Shown: one piece after another, positions 1 through 12,779 of the stretch | Numbering within the stretch: the stretch's first letter is position 1 | Layout of the letters: each line of letters starts with the position of its first letter | NCBI RefSeq assembly: GCF_964194025.1 | Contig: NC_134482.1 | Coordinates: forward strand, 18,786,001-18,850,000 | DNA length: 64,000 bases | Reading direction: 5' to 3' | DNA from: Convolutriloba macropyga | Taxonomy: Eukaryota | Notes under the pieces: model-generated | Database searches by the model: none | Told to the model about the DNA's origin: nothing | Seen by the model: the letters and a program-made list of their open reading frames with translations, nothing else | Position numbers and translations under genes: made by a program

Positions 1-1069
1 TAACACGCAACGGATCATAGATAAAGTTTTCAGAGATGAGCTTATGATTGAAATTTCTTTGACACATTCTTCTGGCGCTTTTCTACTTAATTTTTAGTTT
101 TTGCCTGTCTTTGTTGTTGTCTTCATCGTCAATAACTTGTTGAAAAGGTATTATTTAGTAAATATGAATTACAAGCAAACTTGTTGTCCCATGGAGGCAA
201 AATTTCTCGTATTCAGTGGATTCCGTTGAAAGCTTATGAATTGAATGGCGTTGATACTACGAGTTTTCTCAAAAATATCGTGGCTCTAATGTCTTTGTTC
301 ATATTTGATTTTTTAAAAATTGTATTGATAAAAAGAGGAAACCCTTTACTGTTAAAAAATTATTTGAACATAGAAAATCTTTTTGTGAAAAGTTTTTTTC
401 TTAATACCTTGGACACTTCTCTCGCAAATTGCACTTTTTTCTTGAAATTGCTGTTTTTGCCTGTTTTTGTTCTTTAGGTAGCTTGAAATTGCTGGCAAGT
501 CTCCTAAGCTTCTAATTGAGGATTGAGTTAGTTATGTTACCCGAAGCAGTCAGTTCGTAGCCTTTAGGGGCAAAGTTTATGATATACATTTTCAAATATT
601 TTTCAAACTTTGCAGTTTTTTTATTCTTTTCGTCAAATTGTAAATTATTTTCATCAATGAGAGGTCACATCCAATTTCTTGTGTTTCAAAAAATAACATG
701 TCTACTGATATTATTTGTCACCGATGCTTTGTTTGTTGGACATTATGCGTTTTTATACAGGCATCGGGAATAGAAATTCAGTAGCGCCATCCCGGATGTA
801 AGGATATATAGTCCCTTGCTTACTCCTCCACAGGACAATTTGTGAAGTGCATAGGTACCACGAATCACCTATGCGTGCAATAGAAGCTGTAATGTAGTAA
901 GATAAAACAAAAAAAGTGCTGGATCCTATATCACCAGAGTCTGCTACATTTTAGAATAGTTCATTTCTTTGATGCATTATTGTTTGATTTTGGAGGACAA
1001 ACTAAGTAATACGTTAATGATAACAGCAAAACTGACCCTCCAAAGTCTGCAAGACATTATGAAGAGCGC

Positions 1070-4000
1070 ATTTTTTGCAAAATAGCTTCAAACAATTGTT
1101 TTTGGCTATGAAATTTTTAATGCAATCCTATAAATTAAACGCGTGAACTCTAAAGTGGGACAAATTTTTTGCATGTTTAAGGGGCCTCTCGTAGCGCATG
1201 TTTAGAGCCGCTTTTAGCAGCATGAATAAGTTAACATATTGAGAGATGCCACTGATCTAAAAGGCTCAGAGTAGATGGGTGAGAACTGAAAACGGGACAA
1301 AAGACTGTTTTTCAGGCGAACTTACCACTTACCACGAGACTATTAGGGCTTGAAAATATGCTCGCTCAGAAGGAGTAATTTTTGTCCTGGGTGCTACGTG
1401 TTTTTTGAATGCTTCGACACAAAGTTTGAAGTATTTATTGTAAACGGGTATTTTTCTGCAAAGCTTTAATTTTACATATTCTGAGCTATTCTAGAACACT
1501 ATTACCATTCTTTCAACTAAGTTTCTCATTCTTCACTTTTTGTATTTTGTGTGATCTCAAGTGCTCTCAATGTGAAATATGTTTATTGATATGGTAAAAA
1601 AAAGACTGTGAAAAAAAATTGGTCTGTAAAGGCTATAGCGCAGTCGCTACGACGGAGGAGTGCTATTCTGAGGTTCGAGAGTTGGAACCCGTGTCGGGTA
1701 CCTTTCCTTATGTAGACATGAAAATTTCTAATCAACATCATGCTGCCTAATGTTCGAGAGCAATTCTTTTTACGCGAGGTGGTTTATGTTCCTGAGTATG
1801 TTCGTGGAATGAAAGATGGCAATCCTATAAACTAAACAGATGAGCTCTAAAATATGATACAATTTTTGCATGTTTAAGGGGCTTCTCGAAGCACATGTTT
1901 AACAGCCGCCTTCAGCAGCATGGTTAAGCAAACATATTGAGAGAGGTCAATGACCTAAAAAGCTCAGGATAGATGGGCGAGAATTTAACCTGGGACAAAA
2001 TATTGTGAGTCAGGTGCAGTTACCACTAAGCTATGAGGGCTTGAAAATATGCTCTCCCAGAGGGAGGATTTACAGTCATGGGTGTTCCTTTTAATTATTC
2101 CCAAACGAATTATGAAGTATTTATTATGAGCGTGTGTTTCTGCGAAAATTTAGCTCTAAGGTTTTGCGCTTTTCTAGAACTTTCTTAGCTTTCATCTAAT
2201 TTTTTCATGCTTCACTTTCTGATTCTTGCGTGATCTCAAATGCTCCCAGTCTGAGTTATGTTTGTTGAGAAGATGAAATTGGCTGTGAGAATGGATTGAC
2301 TGTAGTCTTTTCAGCGCAGTTGTTAAGATGAAGGAACGCTATTATGAGGTTCAGGGGTTCAAAACGGTGTCTGGTACCTTTCTTTTTGTCGAAATGAAGA
2401 AAATATCTAATCAAAACCATGCCGTTTGTTGTTCGAGATCAATTCTTTTTACGATTTTTTTTACGAGAGTTGGTTTATGTTCCTGTGTGTGTTTGGGGGA
2501 TGAAAAATTATATTCCTATACATTATACGCGTGAGTTCTAAAGTGGGACATATTTAAGTCTTAAACTTCGGACAAAGCTTAAACTTTTTCATGTTTAAGG
2601 GGCCTCTCAAAGCGCATGTTTAGAAACCGAATTGAGCAGCATGGTTAAGCGATTATATCGAGAGAGATCAAAGACCTGAAAGGCGCAAAATTGGGCGAGA
2701 ACCAAACCTGGGACGAAAGACTGTTAAACAGGTGCAATTACCACGAGTCTATGAGGGCTTCAAAGTATGCTCCCCAGAGGTTGGATTTACTGACACGGGT
2801 ACTACTTATCCTTTTTAATTGCTCCCGAATGGCATTTGAAGTATTTACTATGAACGTGTGTTTCTGCAAAAGTTTAGCTGTACAGGTCTTGTACTAACAT
2901 AGAACTTTCTTAGCTTTCATCTAGTTTTTTCACGCTTCACTTTCTGATTTTTGCGTGATCTTAAATGCTCTCAGCCTGAAATATGTTTATTGATAAGATG
3001 AAAGTAGTTGTGAAAATGGATTATTTGTAATATTTTTAGCGCAGTTGTTAATAAAGAGGACTGTTTTCCTGAGGTTCGAGGGTTCAAACACGTTTCGGGT
3101 ACCTTCCTATTTGTAGACTTTAAGATTTCTAATCAAAACTCTGCCGCCTGTTATTGGAGAGCTATTCTGGCGGCGAGAGTTATATTATGTTCCTGCGTTG
3201 TTCATGGGATGAAAAGGCTAATCTTTTATATTAAACGCGTCAGCTCTTACGTAGGATGAATTTTCTGAAAGTTTAGGTTGCCTCTCAAAGCATATGTTTA
3301 AAAACTGCATTGAGCAGCATGGTTAAACGAATAAATCGAGAGAGGTCAACAAACTTAAAGGCTCAAATAGATGGGTGAGAACCAAACCTGAAACAAAAGA
3401 CTGTTAATCAGGTGCCGTTACCACTAAACTATGAGGGCTTGAAAGTATGCTCCCCGAGGGAGGATTTACTGTCATGGGTAATACGTGTTCTTTTTAATTG
3501 CTTCCAAATGAATTCTTAAGTATTTACTATAAACGTTTGTCTCTGCAAAATTATAGCTTTACAGATTCTGCTTTTTTCAGAACACTCTTAGCTTTTAACT
3601 AAATTTTTCATGCTTCTTTTTGCTTTGGCGTGATCTCAAAAGATCTCAGTCTGAAATAAGTTTATTGATAAGATAAAAGCGGTTGTGAGAATGGGCTTTT
3701 TGTAGTGTATTTACAAGTTGTAAGAAGGAGTACTGCTGTTCTGAGGGTCGAGGGTTCGAACACATGTCGGATACTTTTCTTTTCGTGCACATAAAAATTT
3801 CTAACCAATACTGTGCCGTCTGTTGTTCGAGATCAATTCCTGCGACGCGAGTCATTTTATTTGTCTCTGTGTTTATGGGGATCAAAATGCTAATCCTATA
3901 TTTTAAGCGCGTCAGTTCTAAATTTGGACAAAATTTTTGCGTGTTCAAGGGGCCTCTCAAAATGCATATTTAAAAGCCGCATTGAGCAGCATCGTCAAGC

Positions 4001-7000
4001 GATCATATCGACAGAGATCAATGAATCAAAAGGCCCAAATATGGGTGAGAACCAAACCAGGGACAAAATTCTGTTGATCAGGTGCATTTATCTCGAGGCT
4101 TTGAGGGTTTGAATGCGTGCTCTCTCAGACGGAGGATTTACTGTCTTGGGTACTATGTGCTTTTTAATTGCTCTCGAACAACATTTGAAGTATTTTTCTA
4201 AAGGTGCTTTTCTGCAAAAATTTGGCTTGTGCACAAAATCTGCTCTAATTCAGAACAATCTTATCTTTCACCTAAACTTTTTCACGCTTTACTGTTTGAT
4301 TTTTGCGTGATCTCAATTGCTCTCAAACTTAAATGTGTTGAATGATAAGATAAAAGCAGTTGTGAGAAACGCTGAATTGTATGGGTTTTGGCGCAATTGG
4401 TAAGATGGAAGACTGCTATTATGAGGATTGGGGTTTTGAATCCGTGTCTGGTACCTTCTTTTTTGTCGGCATGAAAATGTCTAATCAACACCATGCCGCC
4501 TGTTGTTCGAGAGCAATTTTTTACGCGAGTTGATTTATGTTCCTGTACGTTTTTGGGGGATGAAAAATGGTAATCCTATAAATTAAACGCGTGGGCTCTA
4601 AAATGTGACTCCATTCTCGCATGTTTAAGGGGCTTCTCGAAGCACATGTTTATTAGCCGCTTTGAGCAACATGGTTAAGCAAATATATCTAGAGATTTCA
4701 ATGACCTAAATGGCCCGAAACTGGTTGAGAACCAAACCTGGGACAAAAAATTGTGAGTAAGGTGCAGTTACAGCTTTGCAGACTTTGCGGTATTCTAGAA
4801 CGCTCTTATCTTCCTACTCAGTTTTTCACGCTTTCGATTTTTGCGTGATATCAAACGCTCTCAATCCGAAATATATTTTTTGATAAGACAAGAGTGGTTG
4901 TGAGAAACGATGGATGGTAGTGGTTTCAACGCAGATGACCACTAGTGTAGGGAAACGTTGCTGTGAAATTTGTTTCTTTTCCAAATGTGAGAATACGTCG
5001 GTGTAATATTGCCTGAAATATTCCATATATATGAATGACGTAGGTCTTCCCGAATCCTCCTCAGGACAATTTGTGAAGTGCATAGGTACCATGAATTACC
5101 TATGAGTGCATTAAGAAGCTGTAATGTCGGAAGATAAACCAAAAAAAGTGCTGGATCCTATATCACCAGAGTCTACATTTTTGAATAGTTCATTTCTTTG
5201 ATGCATTATTGTTTGATTTTGGAGGACAAACTAAGTAGTACGTTAATGATAACAGCAAAACTGACCCTCCAAAGTCTGCATGACATTATGAAGAGCGCAT
5301 TGTTTGCAAAATAGCTTCAAACAATTGTTTTTGGCTATGAAATTTTTAATGCAATCCTGTAAATTAAACGCGTGAACTCTAAAGTGGGACAAATTTTTTG
5401 CATAATTAAGGGGCCTCTCGTAGCGCATGTTAAGAGCCGCTTTTAGCAGCATGAATAAGTTAACATATTGAGCAATTCCAATGATCTAAAAGGCTCAGAT
5501 TAGATGGGTGGGACAAAAGACTGTTGGTCAGGTAAACTTACCATGAGGCTATTAGGGCTTGAAAATATGATCGCTCAGAAGGAGTATTTATTGTAAATGT
5601 GTATTTTTCTGCAACGTTTCAGTTTTACAGATTCTGCGCTACTCTAGAACACTATTTGTTCTCTTTTTTTAAACTAAAATTTGCATTCTTCACTTTTTGA
5701 TTTTTGAGTGATCTCAAGTTCTCTCATTGTGAAAAATGTTTATTGATATGGTTAGAACAATTGTGAGAAAAGTTGGTCTTTAGTGGTTATAGCGCAGTTG
5801 GTACAAAGGAGGACAGCTATTCTGAGGGTCGATGGTTTGAAACCTTGTCAGGTAGCGCCACCTTCGTAGACATGAAAAATGTGTAATCAACACCATGCCG
5901 CCTATTGTTCGAGAGCAATTCGCATGAGGCGATTCGGTCTATGTTCATGCGTTTGTTTGGGGGATGTAAATGTTAATCCGAATCCTATATATATTGAAAG
6001 CGTGAGCTCTAAATTGGGACAAACATGTTAGGGGCTTAAGGGGCCCTCAAAGCGCTTGTTAAGGAGCCGCATTGAGCAGCATGGTTAAGCAATCTTACCG
6101 AGTGACATCAATGACCTCAAAGGCCTGATGATGAGAGAGAACCAAAACTGAGACAAAATACCGTTAGTCAGGTGCTGTGCAGTTACCAGGAGTCTGTGGC
6201 GGCTTGAAAGTAGACCCATACAGAGGAAGAATTCACTGGCCTTCTTACTACGTGTCTTTTAATTGATAGCAAACGAAGTTAGAAGTATTACATTTTAACA
6301 TGTATTTTTCTTCAAAGTTTTAGGTCTTCAGATTCTGCGCTATTCCAGAACACTCTTAGCTTTCAACTAAGTTTTTCACGCTTTTTTGCGTGATCTCAAA
6401 TGCCTTATCTCAAATGTGTTTAATGATAAGATAAATGCGATTATGAGAATCGCTGGTTTGAAGTGGTTTCAGGGCAGTTGGCAAGATGGAGGACTGCAGC
6501 TATGAGGGTCCGGGATTAAAAACCGCGTCTGGTACCTTCTTTTTTTTGTCCATTTAAAAATTTCTAATCAACATCATGCAGCTTGTTGTTCGAGAGCAAA
6601 TCTCCTTATTCGAGTTGATTTACGTTCCTTTGTGTGTTTGATGACAATTGGTAATCCTATATATTAAACTTGTGAGCTCTAAAATGGGACACAATTTTGC
6701 ATTTTAAAGAGGCCTCCCGAAGTGCATGTTTAAGGGCCGTATCAAGCAGCATGTTTAAGCGATCATATCGAGAGAGTTCAATGATCTAAATGGCTCAAAC
6801 TAAATGGGTGAGAACCAAAACGGTGACAAAAGACTGTTATTTACCATGAGGCTATGAGGGCTTGAATGTAAGCTCCTCCTGAGGAAAGATTTACCTACCT
6901 GGGTACTACTTGTTTTTACTTGCTCTCGAACGAAGTTAGAAGAAGTATTAATTGTAAACGCGTGCTTTTTCAAAGTTTAAGTCGTACAGATCTTGCGGTA

Positions 7001-7260
7001 TTCTAGAAAACTTTTATCTTTCTACTCAGTTTTTCACGCTTCACTGTTCGATTTTTGCGTGATCATAAACGCTCTCAACTTGAAATATTTTTATTGATAA
7101 GATAAAAACTGATGTGAGAAACGGTGGGTGGTAGTGGTTTCCGCTGGTTTCAGGTGGTGGTTTTTAGTGGTTACAGCGCAGTTGGTAAGATGGCAGACTG
7201 CTAATCTGAAATTTGAATAATTTTCGAGAAAACTTTGAGAACAATTCGAGAGCAATTCGT
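1070..7260. repeat. Diverged tandem array, about 9 copies of a ~0.7-kb unit
   Basis: The anchor 'aagggg(c)ctctc..agc.catgtt' recurs at ~1179, 1877, 2598, 3275, 3948, 4627, 5408, 6038 and 6707. The anchors 'gttcgagagcaatt' and 'gtgatctcaa' recur with similar spacing. No ORF is conserved between units. Confidence 0.9.
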
Positions 7261-9279
7261 TCACCATTTTCCATAAAATTGCCATGAAACTAAGTTTTGA
7301 GCGAATAGTTTCAGTCGCATTGTCTAATTTTCTGCCTTTATAGTAACTATCAGTCGAAATTGAGCACGATGGTCAACCGCACAATGGTCGATCGTCACAT
7401 GTTTTAGGGCTTTTTAATCACGCAACTTAGCATAAATGCGTTTTAAACGCGCTTTACCATGATATTTAAGCCATTAATATGCACATTTTTTGCCTTCTTT
7501 GAGCTTGCGGCAAAGCAAAAACAAGCAAGTCACAAATGCCATTGTCCAGAACTTTGCTGTAGAAAGAGTGAAAGATAAGTGCAATACGCATAGATAGCGT
7601 AAGTGTTGAGACCTATGGCTGTTGAACGAGAGGCATGAGCTCGAGACCGAGTCGGTGTTAAACTGAAACGGCGGGCCGGCTAGTATATTCTTAGCCAAGC
7701 TCTTTATTCAAAGTTTGGTGTTTTTAGTTCGTTTGCGGTAACAAAAGCTCAATTAATGGATTATTTTGAAGTACTCTTCCCCGATATGTCAAAGAGTTTC
7801 TCTGGAAAAAATTTAGGAATTCAAAAAATTCCTGTGTGCGGTTCTTCTGCCGATCAAAAAAAGAACAACGAACAGACAACCATCAGAATTTCTTTGGCAT
7901 TCACTTTCCAGATTGTCATCACTCTTTCATTGCACTTTAACAATCTGGAAAGTGTACGCGTAAAAAGGTTTTGAACGTAAAGAGGTTTTGAAGTTTGTCA
8001 ATTTTTATAAAGAGGTTTGAACGTAAAGAGGTTTCGAAGATTTGTCAGCTTTATATATCGATCGACAGCCCCAGCGCCTTTCAATCAACAGCACTCACAT
8101 GAAGCTCTCAAATCATAACACATTGTTTGGAAACTAATGGTGGGACAACTCTCTTAAATTCTAACATTTTGTTATTTTAATAGCCGCAAAGCGATAGCGG
8201 CAGTTATTGGGGGCATCGTTGTTTTTTAATTCGTTGTTTCAATCGACTCTTACGACCTGACTGTGGGGAATTGACTCTTTCAATGAATTCAGTGATTTCT
8301 ACTGCTTTGCCGTTAAAATTTGTGAGAGTGATGTCATTTTTCCTGCGTTAGGTAAATTTCGTGACTTACCTCACTCAAAAGGACTTCTGAACGCCTCAAA
8401 TGAACTTTAAATTTCAAGAACATTTACTAGTTAAAGGTCACTAGTGTGCATCTAAGTAGTAGCAATCGTATATGTTCTAGTTCTTGAGTAATAGAGTCTT
8501 GAGTTTATGATTTTGAACATTATTTTCGAAAAAACCCTCAGGGATTTTCTTTATAGAGCGTATGTGTATCATAAAATTAACAGTCCAAATCTAACACAAA
8601 AATCCTAGTGGTCTATTGAAGGACTGGAGGTCAATCTGTCTATCTTATGTCTTTACTTGTTTCAATTCATGGAAGGCCCAAACGCGTCTATCGCTGCTAT
8701 TATCCGGCAATCTGCGGACTTTCTTAATTTTAGCAAAGTTTTTATCTGTGAAAGAAAATGGGTTTTATTTCTTTTCATGAAAAGTTTCCACTCAGTATTT
8801 TTCCATTATTTTATCAGCTGATACATTGTCCATAGATTTGCGAAATTTGCATTTGAACAGATTTGCGAGATTTGAACAGTAAATTGGTATCATCATCAAA
8901 GCTGTAGTTAATAATCTGTTTGCATTTCGATGGTAGATCATGAATGTATATAGTAAATAACAAGGGCCACGAATTGTTCGTTGATCGACTCAGCGCAGGT
9001 TGGCCGTTTTAACCAAGCAGTCTTTGCCAAAGATGACAGGGTGATATTTTTTGAGCGGGAAGAAGAAAACTAAAGGGCAAAAACTGTAACATAATTTTGC
9101 TCTAGCTTCTTAAAAGAGTAGAAGAGTTAGAAGAGAGCTGAAAAACTTTTGATCGAATTTTTTGGTAGTAGTAGTAAAAAACTCTATTAGCTGCATTTAT
9201 AGCTCAAATAAAAAATAAGGACTAAAATAATGAAAAACTTAACATTAAACATCACAGAAGCTTGAAAATTTCAGAAAAT

Positions 9280-11400
9280 AATTATAATCTAAACATCATA
9301 AACTCTTTCATCGACTCCTTCTGAAAAATTTTAGGTTCATCAAAGACGTCGAGAAATTCTACTGCTCACAAAAAGAAATTGGAATCAGCCAGTTTGCATG
9401 AGGTCTTTGGGACTGTTAGCTGTTGTTTTGGTCGAAGAAAATTAACACTTTTTCGATCATCAATTGAAACAAGCTCAAGTGGAAAGTCAAATCCACCAGT
9501 TATCAGTTTACTAAGAAAAATAATGTCTTTCTTTTCTAGAAGTAGGCTTAAAGGAAGAACTCTAGATTCGCGTAATGTATCAACTAGTAATTGGTTAAGG
9601 GTCAGACAAGCAGCTGTCTACGCTAACGACACATTTGAATTGAACAGTACCCAGGTCGAGGTGACCAGACCGAAGTGATCCCTGATCAGAGGAGTTTCGA
9701 GCGCACACATGTTCCCGGTGCGCTCGAATTACATGGTCTGGAAAAGGCTTCGAGCGCACTTTTGTCTGGACAATGGTCTGGAACTTGCCTGATCAGAGGC
9801 CACTTTGTTCTGGGACGGTCTGATCAGAGGTCACTTTGGTCTGGGACGGTCTGATCAGAGGCAGTTTCAAGCGCACACTAGTCTGATCAGAGGCCGATTC
9901 CAGCGCACACTAGTCTGAAGAGCGACCAATTCGAGGGAAATTTTTTTCAAGTTTTTTTTTCGTTTTCTTACTGACTTTTGTTGTCTCGGGTTAGAGTCAA
10001 CAATAAAACAGCGTTCTGATCGGAACTTCATCAGAAAATCTGATGGGTTTGATCAGAACCAAGTGGTCCAGCTGATAACAGCTGCCGGTCCCCTCAAAAA
10101 AGATTTTGAATCAAAGTAGATCAAGACGTTTTTATTCAGAGCTGTCTAAATTCATTTTTTCAGTTAAAAGCATTAAAAAAATGGCATACTCAGTAATTTT
10201 TTTGATCACTTTTTTTTGATATATTTTCATTAACAATACTTTCAGGATTGGTTTTTTGTTAGTTGAATATAAGATTGATAAAATGATAGATGAAATTAAT
10301 ATATTATAACGATATTGAGAGATTTGTTCATGTTCAAAATCATTCTTTGATCAGACTATATCGAACGAACTTTAGTCTAAACAAAGGCATTTTCGAGCGC
10401 ACTTTTGTCTGATCAGAGGTGATTTCGACCGCACTTTAGTCTGGGACAATTTTTTGAGCGCACTTTAGTCTGGACAATGGTCTGGAACTCATCCGGACAA
10501 TGGTCCTGAAATTTGTCGGATCAGGGGCGGCTTCGAGCGCACTTCGAGCGCACAATGATCTTCGAGCGCATACTCGTCTGATCAGAGGTCATTTTGGTCT
10601 GGGACGGTCTGATCAGAGGTCCCACTTGTCTGGGACGGTCTGATCAGAGGCGATTTCGAGCGCGACCTCAACCTGGGTAAGTGTCCTGCAGCATCGTCAA
10701 AACCAAAAACAGGTCTGGATCTTGACCAGGCATTCTCGTTGCCGTCAATGTCCGAACTGAATGAGTTATGGGCTATATCCGGGCAACCTTTCGAAAACGT
10801 GATCGCGTTTTATGAAGACTCAACAGAAATATATATAAATATATATATGGGTCTGAAATTGGGTCTGATCATAGTCTGATTAAGGTCTGGACAATGGTCT
10901 GATTTTGGGTCTGGACCATGGTCTGGAGATGGTCTGATCAGAATTCTTTCGGTCTGGAAAGTCTGATCAGAACACATTGAGTCTGGAAAGTCTGATCAGA
11001 GATTATTTCGGTCTGGAAAGTCTGATCAGAGATAATTTCGGTCTGGAAAGTCTGATCAGAGATAATTTTGGTCTGGAAAGTCTGATCAGAAGCAAATTTT
11101 GGTCTGGACCTCAACCTGGGTAGGTTCGAAGGCTTCTGCTTTCTCGGTGGGCGTTCCTAACTTAAGGTTCCGGCTCAGCATAATAGCTGCGAAACTAGCA
11201 GTTCTTTTAGGTGCCTTGAGAATTTTAAAGCAGTGCTGAGTACTAGAGTAATTGGATAAGATCTTTGCAATAAAGATGGCAGTGCTCGATATGGCGTCTT
11301 CGCTTGATTTTGGTGAGAACTTCCAGCTTTGATAAATATAGCACTGCTCGCCTCAACATGCATGGCTCGTAAGACTATTCATAGTATAAGAGCTACAAAA
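9280..11400 (-). pseudogene. Degenerate CR1-like LINE ORF2 remnants flanking the TIR element
   Basis: The minus strand near 9400-9600 translates to 'SRVLPLSLLLEKKDIIFLSKLITGGFD', like a CR1 RT C-terminus. Near 11125-11165 it reads 'LGTPTEKAEAFE', like the EN-RT linker. Confidence 0.45.
9650..11120. mobile_element. Non-autonomous TIR DNA element with subterminal repeat arrays (possibly CMC/EnSpm-like)
   Basis: Left end TA|CCCAGGTCGAGGT (9650), right end ACCTCAACCTGGG|TA (11120), and a second right end at 10665-10677. It contains many copies of the palindrome TCTGATCAGA and of TCGAGCGCAC, plus a 30-bp tandem (~5 copies) at 10951-11100. Confidence 0.8.
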
Positions 11401-12621
11401 GGAAGAGTGAAACTGGCGATTTCTCTTGAATTAAAAGGGGAGTTTGCGTAGAGTAAAAATCAGCAAACCACTGATTAATGATGCAGAGTAGAGGTAACTG
11501 TCAATTAAAATTTAAATTGATTAAAAAGAAAAACGAAAGTTTTCGAACATTGCGTTCATCTTCAGGTATAAAATATAAATGAAATCGTTTACAAAGTATT
11601 TAAACTTGTCTTTGACTCTAATTCTAAGAAATGAGTTAATAACATCGAATTTTTGAAATTATTTACATTTAAAACCACATTTACAACATTTTATTTACAC
11701 TTATTGAACTAAAACCAATTCAATTTTTATTCAGGAGTTTTTTTGGAAACACCAGGTATAATGTTTCTATTCCTGAAGAGGGATTTTTACTTTCATTCAT
11801 ATCTGTTGTTGTTTGTTACTTGTTGGGGTTGACCACATTTTGAATTAACAAGCACCAGAGTAATTTTTGAATTTCAAAACTCAAATTTTTTGTATTGGAA
11901 CTAATACCTCAATGTCAATTCCCACCCCCGGTATTCATCGCGTGTATTTAATTGCAGTGTCAGCTTTTTGATGTAGATCGCTTCTATCGTCATTAAATTT
12001 TCAACCCCGCGAAATGCATCAAGAATCTCCCATCCAATATTATGCGCTGTACCGCAACATTCAACGAGGTGTTTTCCCACAAGGGAATCCTTTTTTTGAT
12101 GCTACGAAATTCTAGTGGTAACATGTCGGCTGGTTTTGTTAATATAGATGGAACTGCATCCATTATATGGCACATTATATACCACATGGGATTTCAGATT
12201 TTAAATCAAAAGATGATTTCAGGGTGGGCAAGCAAGTTCTTAGCTTCCTTATTTTCAAAATGATTTGAATATTACACAATTTTTTCAGTCTACTTGAAAA
12301 ATTTTGAGTGATATCTCCTCTGTATTGAAAAAAAAACCTCGGTTTAGGCTCTTAATGTTTAGACGTTTTACTTTGTAAAGATGTTCATTTTTTAGGAGGG
12401 GAGTTTGCTGTAACCTTTTCCTTCGTGACTATTTTCTCCAACGTCTCATTTCTTCTAAAAAAGACCGTGTACACCATCCGGCAACGATGGATGAAGTTCG
12501 GAACATAAGGGATGATGAGTAGCATTTAGCCGGATGCTGCACTTCAAGCTGTTCCCTTCCAGACAGCGTAAAGACGGCCCAGTCACAAAATAACTAACAA
12601 GTGGAGAGGAAATCACCTATA

Positions 12622-12756
12622 NNNNNNNNNNNNNNNNNNNNNNNNNNNNNNNNNNNNNNNNNNNNNNNNNNNNNNNNNNNNNNNNNNNNNNNNNNNNNNN
12701 NNNNNNNNNNNNNNNNNNNNNNNNNNNNNNNNNNNNNNNNNNNNNNNNNNNNNNNN
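12622..12756. other. Assembly gap (135 N)
   Basis: Run of N. Confidence 1.
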
Positions 12757-12779
12757 GAAGGATTAAAAACAAAATTATG

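Noticed and set aside
181-7285. Short ORFs in the 0.7-kb array
   Set aside because: Frames and stops are not conserved between units and there are no recognisable motifs.
10951-11100. 30-bp periodic repeat as a CRISPR array
   Set aside because: The context is eukaryotic, there are no unique spacers or cas genes, and it lies inside a TIR element.
11993-12263. Overlapping short ORFs near the gap
   Set aside because: No recognisable domain or splice structure; I could not assign them.
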